Positions 25,294-34,100 of a DNA stretch of 64,000 bases are shown piece after piece. The first letter of the stretch is position 1. The number at the start of each line of letters is the position of its first letter. The notes under the pieces are model-generated. The model saw only the letters and a program-made list of their open reading frames with translations. It did not search any database and was not told the origin of the DNA. The stretch comes from Clostridia bacterium (lineage in GTDB: Bacteria; Bacillota; Clostridia; Christensenellales; UBA3700): NCBI GenBank assembly GCA_029060025.1, contig JAIDUV010000007.1, positions 13,007 through 77,006 on the forward strand, given 5' to 3'. A program made the position numbers and the translations under genes.

Positions 25294-26067
25294 TCAGTTC
25301 ACCGTCACGTCAAATTCTACTGTCACTGCGTTTCCGACGGCAAGGTCGGGCAGATCAAATCCCGTCTGGGGATTATATGCAGGGTATGCTACGTTGTTTA
25401 TCTTTACGCTGCCGCCAACGAAAGTCGTGCCGGCAGGTATTGCGTCGGTGAATACGAGGTCTGTTTTTTCAAGCGTACCTGTATTAGTGATTACCGAAGT
25501 GTAGTGCAAGTTGTCGCCTTTGACGGCAAAAGCCTTGTCTACGCTCTTGACGTTGGTCAGTCTGTTGGAGATTATCTGCACGGATACGGTGTTGGTATTT
25601 TCAGAGAAATTGACGTTGCCTCTGTTGGGATCGTTGACGGTGTAGTTGAGCGTGGCGAAGTCCGTCACCGGAGTTTGCGTCATTGGGTTGTTTGCCTGCA
25701 CGGTATACGCTACCGTCACCGCCTGACCTGCATTGAGTGCAGGCAGAGCAAAGCCAGCAACAGGATCGTAAGTCGGCTGAGATACGCCGTTGACCTCTAC
25801 GCTTCCGGGGACATAAGTTGCGCCGTTGCTCATAGCGTCTTTGAAGACGAGATTGAACAGTTGCGTCTGCGAATTGTTGGTTATCACAGCGGTGTGCTTT
25901 GAAGTTTCGCCCTCTTGCAAAAATGTCTTGTCACCGCTTTTTACCTTTGGCACGGAGTAGGTCAGCACCTCGGTGTTGACTATATTACTGTCAAGATTTG
26001 CCGCTATCGTCTGTCCGTCCGGCAAGACGTAGTTGAAGGCAATATTGGATTGATTGGGTATTATCAT
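25294..26067 (-). CDS. DUF11 (TIGR01451-type conserved repeat) protein, 257 aa, no signal peptide
   Basis: Repeated modules of the form KSxDKxFxxxGDxLxYTxVIxNTG...DxIPxGTTFVxGSV. AGGAGA RBS. No hydrophobic N-terminus and no LPXTG. Confidence 0.7.
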   Translation of the reverse strand: MIIPNQSNIAFNYVLPDGQTIAANLDSNIVNTEVLTYSVPKVKSGDKTFLQEGETSKHTAVITNNSQTQLFNLVFKDAMSNGATYVPGSVEVNGVSQPTYDPVAGFALPALNAGQAVTVAYTVQANNPMTQTPVTDFATLNYTVNDPNRGNVNFSENTNTVSVQIISNRLTNVKSVDKAFAVKGDNLHYTSVITNTGTLEKTDLVFTDAIPAGTTFVGGSVKINNVAYPAYNPQTGFDLPDLAVGNAVTVEFDVTVN

Positions 26068-26078
26068 ATATTATCTCC

Positions 26079-27782
26079 TTAATTTATTTGTACCTGAAAG
26101 GTTATGGTCGCGCTTGCCTGCGGCGTCAGGTTCGCCACAAAGAATCCCGTCTCGGGGTTATAGGCAGGGTAACTTACTCCGTCGATTTTCACCGAGCCGT
26201 TGACGAAGGTCGTACCCGCAGGTATTTCGTCTTTGAATATAACGTCGGTCACAGGCACGCTGCCAGTGTTTTTAATCACGGAAGTATAGTTGAGAATATC
26301 TCCTTTGACTGCAAAAGCCTTGTCTACGCTCTTGACGTTGGTCATCTGGCGGAAGATTATATACACGGCTACCGGATTTGAGTTGGAGAAACTCGTAGCG
26401 GAGTATCCCGCAAATGGGAAGAATTCATAGTCGACTCTGGCGATATTGAATATCGGATTGACGGCAGGTAGAGAATTGACGGTCACTTTGAAAGATACTG
26501 TGACGGTTTGATTTGGCGCAATCGTGGGAATTACGACAGGCAATGCGCCTGCGTATTGAACGCCGTCTACGGTCACGGAGTTAGCCACCAATGTCGTCTC
26601 GGGCGGCAGCATATCGTTGACAGTCGCATTGACTGCGTCTACAGTGCCAGTATTTTGTATCTCAAGAGTATAGGTTATTTCTTCGCCTACGTCGGCGTAA
26701 GTTTTGTCTGCGGATTTGGTCACTGTAAGATTTGCGCCTTTGCTGTCGATTTGCAATGCGAGAGCGTTGGGCACGTAAAGGTCTCCGTCACTTGTAAATC
26801 TGACGACCGCGCTCGTTTGACTTGCCGCCAATTTGTCTGATACGTCTACGGCGGTTATGTCCCAACCCTGACGGCAGGCGGAAGTATTCGTGCCTGCGGC
26901 GGCGTTGGCGTTACGCGTGCCGAAAGTACCGCTTGTGTCGAGCGTTCCGTTTGAATTATTGATTTGAGAGGCAAAGAAATTGTCGACTGGGTTGTTGGGT
27001 CCAGACAGTTCTTCAAGGTCGGCTACGCTTTGCCCAAAGAGCATCTGGTCTCCCTCAAGGACTGCGTCGCCCTCCTGCGCCGAGACGAATATCTTACCTG
27101 TGATTGGCAGGACTTCAGGCGTAAGGAAGTTGGATATTGTGATAGTCGTACTTCCGGTATTGGGAGATACGACCGCGCCGCCGCTATAAATCGTGAGATT
27201 TCTCAAAGTTTGATTTACGTCTTCATACGCTACTGCAAGCGTCCAGCCGGCGTGATTTGTGTCAGCAGTCCTGTCGTCAAGCGCCTCTATTAGGGCGGGC
27301 ACGCCTTGCACTGAATACGTTCCGCTTAGAGCGGCTTGCACTTGAGTAGTTACGTTTGCCGTTCGCACGTAGAATCCCACCGTGATGTCTCCGGCAGGTA
27401 TATTGAAAGTTTGAGACGTCGCAGGGTCGGGCGCTATACTGAAATCGCCTAAAGGCGTGGCGAGTATGACGCTGTTGTTGGTCAAAGCGGTAATATCGTT
27501 GACTGACGAGCGGCAAAGTCCGCCCCATACGAGTTCGGCGTACAGTACCGTTGCGCCGGCAGGCAGGTTGAGAATGGCAGCGGAGCCGTTCTGCGCATAG
27601 TCAAGAGAAGTGCCGGCAGGGAACGTACCCACTTGCAGAGCAGTATTCAGGGTAATAAAAGCGCCTATAGAGCCTTCTGTACCGGGGGCGTTTTGATTGG
27701 GGGCTTTGCTTAATCCCAGCGTGTTGCCTGTAAATATTATTCCGCCTTTTTTGACGTCGGAATATCGTTGAATGAAAGGCAT
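26079..27782 (-). CDS. DUF11-repeat protein, 567 aa, with a ~340-aa N-terminal domain of unknown type and no signal peptide
   Basis: Two C-terminal DUF11-type modules (TVTKSADKTYADVGEEITYTLEIQNTG..., NVKSVDKAFAVKGDILNYTSVIKNTG...). AAGGAG RBS. The N-terminus MPFIQRYSDVKKGGIIFTGNTLGLS is not a secretion signal. Confidence 0.7.
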   Translation of the reverse strand: MPFIQRYSDVKKGGIIFTGNTLGLSKAPNQNAPGTEGSIGAFITLNTALQVGTFPAGTSLDYAQNGSAAILNLPAGATVLYAELVWGGLCRSSVNDITALTNNSVILATPLGDFSIAPDPATSQTFNIPAGDITVGFYVRTANVTTQVQAALSGTYSVQGVPALIEALDDRTADTNHAGWTLAVAYEDVNQTLRNLTIYSGGAVVSPNTGSTTITISNFLTPEVLPITGKIFVSAQEGDAVLEGDQMLFGQSVADLEELSGPNNPVDNFFASQINNSNGTLDTSGTFGTRNANAAAGTNTSACRQGWDITAVDVSDKLAASQTSAVVRFTSDGDLYVPNALALQIDSKGANLTVTKSADKTYADVGEEITYTLEIQNTGTVDAVNATVNDMLPPETTLVANSVTVDGVQYAGALPVVIPTIAPNQTVTVSFKVTVNSLPAVNPIFNIARVDYEFFPFAGYSATSFSNSNPVAVYIIFRQMTNVKSVDKAFAVKGDILNYTSVIKNTGSVPVTDVIFKDEIPAGTTFVNGSVKIDGVSYPAYNPETGFFVANLTPQASATITFQVQIN

Positions 27783-27968
27783 ATTGATCTCCTTATAAAA
27801 AATTACTGCATATCCACTCCGGCTTTGAGCAGGGGTAAATATGTAGCAAAATAAAGTTGATTATGTCTTTCTGCTTCATTATATGAAAGAGTTTTGTACA
27901 GCGTTACTGTCACTCAATAATAATGACTGTATGTCAATAAAAATCGACGATTATCAAAAAAATCAATC

Positions 27969-27997
27969 TTGACAAATTACTCAATTTGTAATACTAT
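27969..27997 (+). promoter_or_regulatory. Promoter of the cytidylate-kinase-like gene
   Basis: TTGACA (27969-27974), a 17-nt spacer, then TACTAT (27992-27997). Confidence 0.45.
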
Positions 27998-28033
27998 AAA
28001 ACTATCTCAATATTAAAGGTGGGAAGGGGTATT

Positions 28034-28630
28034 ATGAATACAATTATTACGATTGGACGTGAACTTGGCAGCGGCGGACGCACTATTGGCAGAACTGTCG
28101 CTATGAAATTCGGTATACCTTATTACGACAGAGAAATAATCGACAAGACCGCGGAAGAGTCGGGCTTTGCCATTGATTTCGTCAAGTCGCAAGAGCAAAA
28201 AATCAGCGCGTATTACAAACTGTGTATGGGTATGAGTTACGGCTACGGCAATCAAATTCTGTCTCTATCAAGTCAGATATATCAAGCGCAAGTAAAAGTC
28301 ATAAAAGAACTTGCTGAAAAAGGTCCCTGCGTGATCGTCGGACGTTGCGCCGACTATATTCTCAAAGACAGAGATGACCTTTTGAGAGTATTCGTATATT
28401 CGGATATAGAGCATCGTATAAAGCGCGCGGTAAGTTCTTACGGAATGAACGAGCAGACTGCCAAAAAGGAGATCCAAAAGTCGGATAAAGAACGCGCAAG
28501 ACACTACAACCTTTTTACAGACAATACTTGGGGCTCAAGAGAAAATTACGATTTGATGCTTGACAGCGGTTATTTGGGCTTGGAAAAATGCGCGGACTTG
28601 ATTTGCGAAGTGGCAAGCCAACGGAAGTAG
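28034..28630 (+). CDS. Cytidylate kinase-like family protein
   Basis: IITIGRELGSGGRTIGRTVAMKFGIPYYDREII is the typical N-terminus of this family. The ATG at 28034 lies behind a G-rich RBS. Confidence 0.75.
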   Translation: MNTIITIGRELGSGGRTIGRTVAMKFGIPYYDREIIDKTAEESGFAIDFVKSQEQKISAYYKLCMGMSYGYGNQILSLSSQIYQAQVKVIKELAEKGPCVIVGRCADYILKDRDDLLRVFVYSDIEHRIKRAVSSYGMNEQTAKKEIQKSDKERARHYNLFTDNTWGSRENYDLMLDSGYLGLEKCADLICEVASQRK

Positions 28631-28659
28631 GGTCAAGAGGTAGAGAAGAAGTAAAAGAT

Positions 28660-28947
28660 GTCATAGGTGAGCGCATTTTTGTCAATAGGCAAAATAAAAA
28701 AAGAGAAGCGGTGAACTTCTCTTTTTAAAAGCAACCTATTTGACTTTTTGGTGCGGTCACCGCGACTTGTAAGGAGCAACGCGACGGAATAGCGAGCAAG
28801 CAAATGCGTCTCGTGCGAGCGTCACAAATTCGGACGGTCATAGGTGAACGCATTTTTTGTCAATAGGCAAAATAAAAAAAGAGAAGCGGTGAACTTCTCT
28901 TTTTAAAAATAGCCTACTTGACTTATTGGTGCGGTCACCGGGACTTG
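28660..28947. repeat. Tandem ~110-bp direct duplication (period 177 bp) comprising the last 21 nt of tRNA-Leu plus its downstream terminator
   Basis: 28660-28769 and 28837-28947 are about 93% identical by eye. Both contain the agagaag-cggtgaa-cttctct terminator and tggtgcggtcaccg(c/g)gacttg. Confidence 0.85.
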
Positions 28948-29009
28948 AACCCGGATGGTCTCCCATACGCCCCTCAAACGTACGCGTCTGCCTATTCCGC
29001 CATGACCGC
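28927..29009 (-). tRNA. tRNA-Leu (anticodon GAG), class II with a long variable arm, CCA encoded
   Basis: A hand-folded cloverleaf: acceptor GCGGTCA/TGACCGC, 3-bp D stem, anticodon stem TACGT/GCGTA with loop TTGAGGG, T arm CCGGG-TTCAAGT-CCCGG, discriminator A. Confidence 0.9.
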
Positions 29010-29026
29010 AAATCATTGCATAAGTA

Positions 29027-29055
29027 ATGATATATTAAATATCTTAAGTTGTCAA
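29027..29055 (-). promoter_or_regulatory. Promoter of tRNA-Leu
   Basis: Minus strand: TTGACA (29055-29050), a 17-nt spacer, then TATCAT (29032-29027). Confidence 0.5.
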
Positions 29056-29444
29056 ACGTTTTTGAATATTTTCTTAAAAATGATTTGAAGAGGTCAAAAT
29101 TGCTTTAATGGCAGGCTTTTAAAATTTGGGGATATTTACATAACTATATAATATGCGGAGCGCGCTGACGTTCTGCCTTGTAAAGTCAGCGGAGTTGACG
29201 TAGGGATACCGCTCAACGTAAGTTTTATTTATCCCAATTCAAAATACGGCGTCGGAGTAGGCGTCAAGTTGAGGGAAGAAGGTTTTGCCATCGACGGCGC
29301 AGAGTATGTTGCCGACGTAAAGTCAAATAAAAGAAAGAAATTATATTCTTTTCTGTCTTCCTTATTGCGACTGGTCTTTATTATATTGATTATAATAATT
29401 ATTATTAAAGCAATAATAGGCTAGTGGATTTTATAAATCGGATT

Positions 29445-29471
29445 AGACCTCTCGACTTTGCTCGAGGTGAC
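29445..29471 (-). repeat. Family-1 repeat, B-type unit
   Basis: agacctctcgactttgctcgaggtgac. Confidence 0.75.
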
Positions 29472-29658
29472 GGGGCGAGTGTCAATGACATAAGCATATA
29501 TATCAATTTGACAAAAGCGTTTGTGGGGAGAGAATCGCAACCCCCAACTCTTTTGTTTCTTTTCTTGGCAAGAAAAGAAAGTATATGGTTGGACTTCGCC
29601 CTACCGACCAAACGAAAATGTCGCAAGGCTCCATTTTGTCAGTACTTTTTAAATGGAT

Positions 29659-29696
29659 GAGATTTCTCCACGGCGCTACGCTCTGGTCAAAATGAC
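29659..29696 (-). repeat. Family-1 repeat, long A-type unit
   Basis: gagatttctccacggcgctacgctctggtcaaaatgac. Confidence 0.85.
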
Positions 29697-29715
29697 AGAT
29701 ATGATATTATGCGCT

Positions 29716-30939
29716 TTACTTCTTAAACGGCAAAAAGTCGCTGTCCTCAAGTCCATCTGTGACGAATGGGTGCTCTAGGAGGGAAGCCGACTTTAGGGCG
29801 TTGTAGCCGTACTTCTGTCGTATCTCGTCGAGAGACTTGTCAAGTCGGCGGAGTTTCTGCGTTCTTTCGTCGTCAAACAATGACAATTGCATCACCTCGT
29901 CACCCTTGGATAGGTCAAAAGCCGTCACGGATAGCAATCTTATTGGATTGGGGTGTTTTATAGAGTCGAAAATCTCCATTGCTTGATCGCACAGGCAACT
30001 TGCCGAATTGATTTTGAAGGGAAGTTTTGTTTGTTTACCCATATACGTCAAGTCGTTGTATCTCACGCCGAGATGTATTCCGCCAGCCACAAATCCGTAT
30101 TTTCTCAATCTCACTGCGACCATTTCGCTCAACGCCATTACCACGGCTTTGACTTCGTCTCTGGAAGTCACGTCCTTTGGCATAGTGGTGGAGTTACCCA
30201 CGCTTTTGGGAATATGTTTGTTATAATACAGTCTTACTTCTTCGTCGTTGATACCGTTGGCGTTGTCATACATTTTTTGTCCGTTGACGCCGAATTTATC
30301 TACCAATATTTTTGGATTTGTGTTTGCAAGATCGCCAATAGTGACGATACCCAGACCTTTTAGTTTATCTGCCGTTTTTCTGCCTATCATAAGCATATCT
30401 CCCACGTCCAGTCCCCACACTTTTTTCTTAAAGTTGTCGGGGGATATTACGGTAGTTGCGTCGGGCTTCTTCATATCCGAGCCGAGTTTTGCAAAAACCT
30501 TGTTGAAAGACACGCCCACAGATATTGTTATACCTATTTCTTTTTTGATACGCTCGCGTAGTTCTTCTGCAATTGCCGTCGCGCTTTTGAAAAGTCGCAT
30601 AGACCCAGTGACGTCAAGCCAACATTCGTCGATGCCAAACGGCTCTACGCGGTCGGTATATTGGCAATATATATCAAATATTTTGTCGGAGTAATACACA
30701 TATTTGTCATATTGGGGAGGTACAAGCACGAGTTGAGGACATTTGCGCTTTGCCTCCCAGATGACCTCACCGGTTTTGATTCCACACTCCTTGGCCTTTT
30801 GATTTTTTGCTAAAATAATTCCGTGCCGCTTATCGGGATTACCCGATACGGCAACGTACTTGTCCTTTAGGCTCGGATCGAGCATACACTCGACTGAAGC
30901 ATAAAAATTATTGGCGTCACAGTGAAGTATTTTTTTCAT
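29716..30939 (-). CDS. dinB: Y-family DNA polymerase IV
   Basis: ILHCDANNFYASVE, GIDECWLDVTG and the overall ~400-aa ImpB/DinB layout. Confidence 0.85.
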   Translation of the reverse strand: MKKILHCDANNFYASVECMLDPSLKDKYVAVSGNPDKRHGIILAKNQKAKECGIKTGEVIWEAKRKCPQLVLVPPQYDKYVYYSDKIFDIYCQYTDRVEPFGIDECWLDVTGSMRLFKSATAIAEELRERIKKEIGITISVGVSFNKVFAKLGSDMKKPDATTVISPDNFKKKVWGLDVGDMLMIGRKTADKLKGLGIVTIGDLANTNPKILVDKFGVNGQKMYDNANGINDEEVRLYYNKHIPKSVGNSTTMPKDVTSRDEVKAVVMALSEMVAVRLRKYGFVAGGIHLGVRYNDLTYMGKQTKLPFKINSASCLCDQAMEIFDSIKHPNPIRLLSVTAFDLSKGDEVMQLSLFDDERTQKLRRLDKSLDEIRQKYGYNALKSASLLEHPFVTDGLEDSDFLPFKK

Positions 30940-30945
30940 AATTAT

Positions 30946-30984
30946 ATTTTAACGCTTTTAATATAATAATGCAAACATTTGTTC
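30946..30984 (-). promoter_or_regulatory. dinB promoter with an overlapping LexA (Cheo-box-like) operator; the geometry suggests a leaderless mRNA
   Basis: Minus strand: GAACAAATGTTT (30984-30973) overlaps TTGCAT (30974-30969), followed by a 17-nt spacer and TAAAAT (30951-30946). Only 6 nt separate the -10 box from the ATG, and there is no SD sequence. Confidence 0.45.
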
Positions 30985-31159
30985 ATATTATTTTAAAATT
31001 TTATTGGAAAATTTTGGATTAAACAGTATCAAATAGAGTTTTATATGTATACATATAAATAATAGCAGATAATAGTCCGATATTACGCTTGCAAATTTTT
31101 TTTATTATGCTAAAATATTATGTGGATAAAATTTTTATACCATTAAGGAGGATTTAGTT

Positions 31160-34100
31160 GTGGCAGAGAAGAAAACCCCTGCAAAAACCTCGGCAACGGC
31201 TAAGAAAGCCGAGCCTGTAAAGAAAACGACTGCGGCAAAGAAGACTGAGCCGGCAAAGAGCGCGACTGCGGCAAAGAAGACCGTTACTGAAGAAGCCCAA
31301 ACCGCAAAGGGGGGGGGTAGTGCGTCATTTGCGCAAAGAAAGACTGTAAATAGAAAATCGGAGACAGAAGTAAGCGCGGCTTTGGCGGCTGCAAATGCAG
31401 AGTCTCCAAAGAAGAAGGCAAAGGCGGAAAAAGCGCCTACTATGGTTGCCGATAAAAAGGCTGAAAAGAAAAAGCAAAGCGTAACGTCAAAGCACGACGA
31501 CAGCACTTCGGGAGGCGCAAGAGCAATATCTTTGGATAAAAATAAGAAGATAATTATTATTTGCGTTGCCGTAGTGGCTTGTCTTGCAATACTTTTGACT
31601 ATGATATTGAGCATAAGGGCGTGTACGTCAGGCGGAAAAGGAACTTATGCAGATATCTTTAAAAATACAACGGAAGTAGGTTATTCCGCAGAATATCTCG
31701 GCGAAGTAGACAGAAAGATCCCAACTGAAATGAAAAACGGCGGATTGGCGCAAGGATATCCTACGTACGGTTCTACTCAAAACTTGACGACGGAGCAGAA
31801 AAATGCAGTAATAGCCGAGAGTTGGCAACTGTGCTCTATAAATACCAGAATAGGTAGCAACGGTTATCCAAAAGGAACTTATGATTCAATGGATGCAAAC
31901 GGAAACCTCTATCTAGACGGAGTAGCAACCGGTCAAAAATTATATAAGCATACGGCTTCTGTAGGTATGTATATGGGTGACGTCTCTGACAGCGAACCTG
32001 CTATAGTCAAGAACATTACGTTGAGACATAGATATTCAAATTCATACAGTTTGACAGGAATGTACGCTCCTGCCGGAGAGGTCATTAAGATAGAGATGAG
32101 CCAAGCGGATATGGAAGCGAGCGGAGGTATTCTCGTTCATATCGGTCAAGCGCTCTACAACACGAAGGCAAACAATATTTGGCCGGCGAGAAACATCAAC
32201 CGTATGCCTGTCATACTCAACTCTATGAAGGTAAACAAGGACACTGCGACTTATGACGAAAAAACTCAAACTTATACTGCATACGTAGGCTCTTTCCTTG
32301 GCGGTCCGATATATATACATAATACCAACGTAACGGTAGACGTCAAAATTTCCGGTGGTGTGAGATATACTCACTTCATCTTGGGATATACGACGGAAGA
32401 CGAGTATAATGAGAACGCAAAGTCATCGGCTCCTTATTTTGACTTGGAAGTATGGGACGGCGGCGTGCTTCACTCGGGTCCGAAAAAGTGCGCAGGAATT
32501 TCGACGTATGAAGAAGTTCAAAAAGCAGGCGTGCTTTGGGAAAAGATATCTTTGGTATCTAATTACGCCCGCAATAAGAGAGAAGGCATAGTATTCTTAT
32601 ACGATCCGTTCGTAGCGGCAGGCGCGGCGGTTGCTTTCCCCGGACAGCAGAGCGTCAACTGTCCATCCGGTTGGATGTCGGGTTCGCTTAAGGTTGACTC
32701 TTTTATCAGAGGCGGCGCTTGGGGTAATATGCACGAATACAATCACAATTTCCAAGGTTATGGAATATCCAGCGTCGGCGGAGAAGTCACCAACAATGCG
32801 CTCAACCTTGTTGAATACAGTTGGTTCACGTATATATCTTCCGCAAGAACAATAGCATCATACGGCGGAGGCGGCTTGTCGGGTTGGAATTGCTATACCA
32901 GCGCTAGTTGGGCGGTAAAGCAAATTTGCGGAGATTCGGATGTAAATCCCGGCAATCCGTTGTCAATGTATGCGGTTTTGCTTCACAATTTCGGACAGGA
33001 CAGTTTTCTCAATACCACAAGAACAAGCGGCACAGATGCATATTTTACCGCTTGGAGCGAGACGGTTCATCAAGATATGACGTATTACGCCGAGCAAATT
33101 GCAAAAGTTTTTAATGGACGATTCGGCGGATATCCCGATATGAGTGCTGATGCAAAGGCGAAAATGAAGAGCAAAAACTATCCTATGTTTGTGCCTATTG
33201 CTTCCGTATACCAGACAGGTAGAAGTTATAATTACGATGGCGAAAAGAAATATATCAGCACTCAACAGCCATTCGTAATACAATACGGCGAGGAATTTGA
33301 TATCGACTTGTCAAGATATACAGTTGGCAGTGGCGGCATTTATCAAAGCGGTAGCGTGGTTATACCCGAAAGATTCAGTTATACCGTCAAGAGCGTGGCT
33401 GCGCAAGACGGACAAAAGATAAACGGTACTCTCAAGAAAGTTGACGATATGCATTATACCTTTACGCCTAATAAAGAAATTTTGTCGGGCAAGATAATTG
33501 CAACCTTGGAGATCAAGGACACTCAAGGCGAATATACCAACATTGACAACGTGGATTTGATACTCGAATTTGAGCAGTCTCACGAGATGAATAAGAACGT
33601 CGTTCAGCGTACGACCTACACTTATGCAGACGGCGAGGGATATACTGATGCGGTTGCCGCTTACGAGGCAGGATATGCGGGATATGCTCAAAAGATCGAA
33701 GGTGACAATATCAATAGAACTCAAAATAGCAATACCGACGTTTGGTACACCAATCAAGAGGGTGATGTGGTTCCAAAGAACGGCATTGTTGAGATAAAAG
33801 GTAAATTGCAAGCAACGGCAGACGGAAAATACCGTATTGCAGTGAGAGGTAGATGGAATATTGCTTTGTATATCAAAGTCAATGACGCAAAAGAATATAT
33901 ACTTGCGGCGTCTTCCAAGACGGACACCGGTACGAATATCAATGACGCAAACAAAGTTCCGCATTATGATCTCGAACTCAAGAAAGACGATTGGGTATAC
34001 TTCAAAGAAGTATTGGTCACAAGTATGAACGGCAACAGAGCAAGTTTTATAGGACTTGGTTTCAACAAGTTTGAGGACCCGATGCCTATACTCGATGCCA

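Noticed and set aside
27878-27933. Calling a specific sporulation-sigma (sigma-E/K) promoter for the DUF11 operon from CATACAGT (27926-27933) or a sigma-A promoter from TATAAT (27878-27883).
   Set aside because: The -35 partners are poor, and such short matches are expected by chance in AT-rich DNA. They are mentioned only as something to test.
29155-29424. An open frame encoding ...GIPLNVSFIYPNSKYGVGVGVKLREEGFAIDGAEYVADVKSNKRKK plus a C-terminal hydrophobic anchor (LVFIILIIIIIIKAII).
   Set aside because: It has no ATG, GTG or TTG start and no RBS in frame. The nearby ATG at 29153 is out of frame and sits within a -10-like TATAAT. It is probably a decayed gene fragment, and the support is too weak to call a feature.
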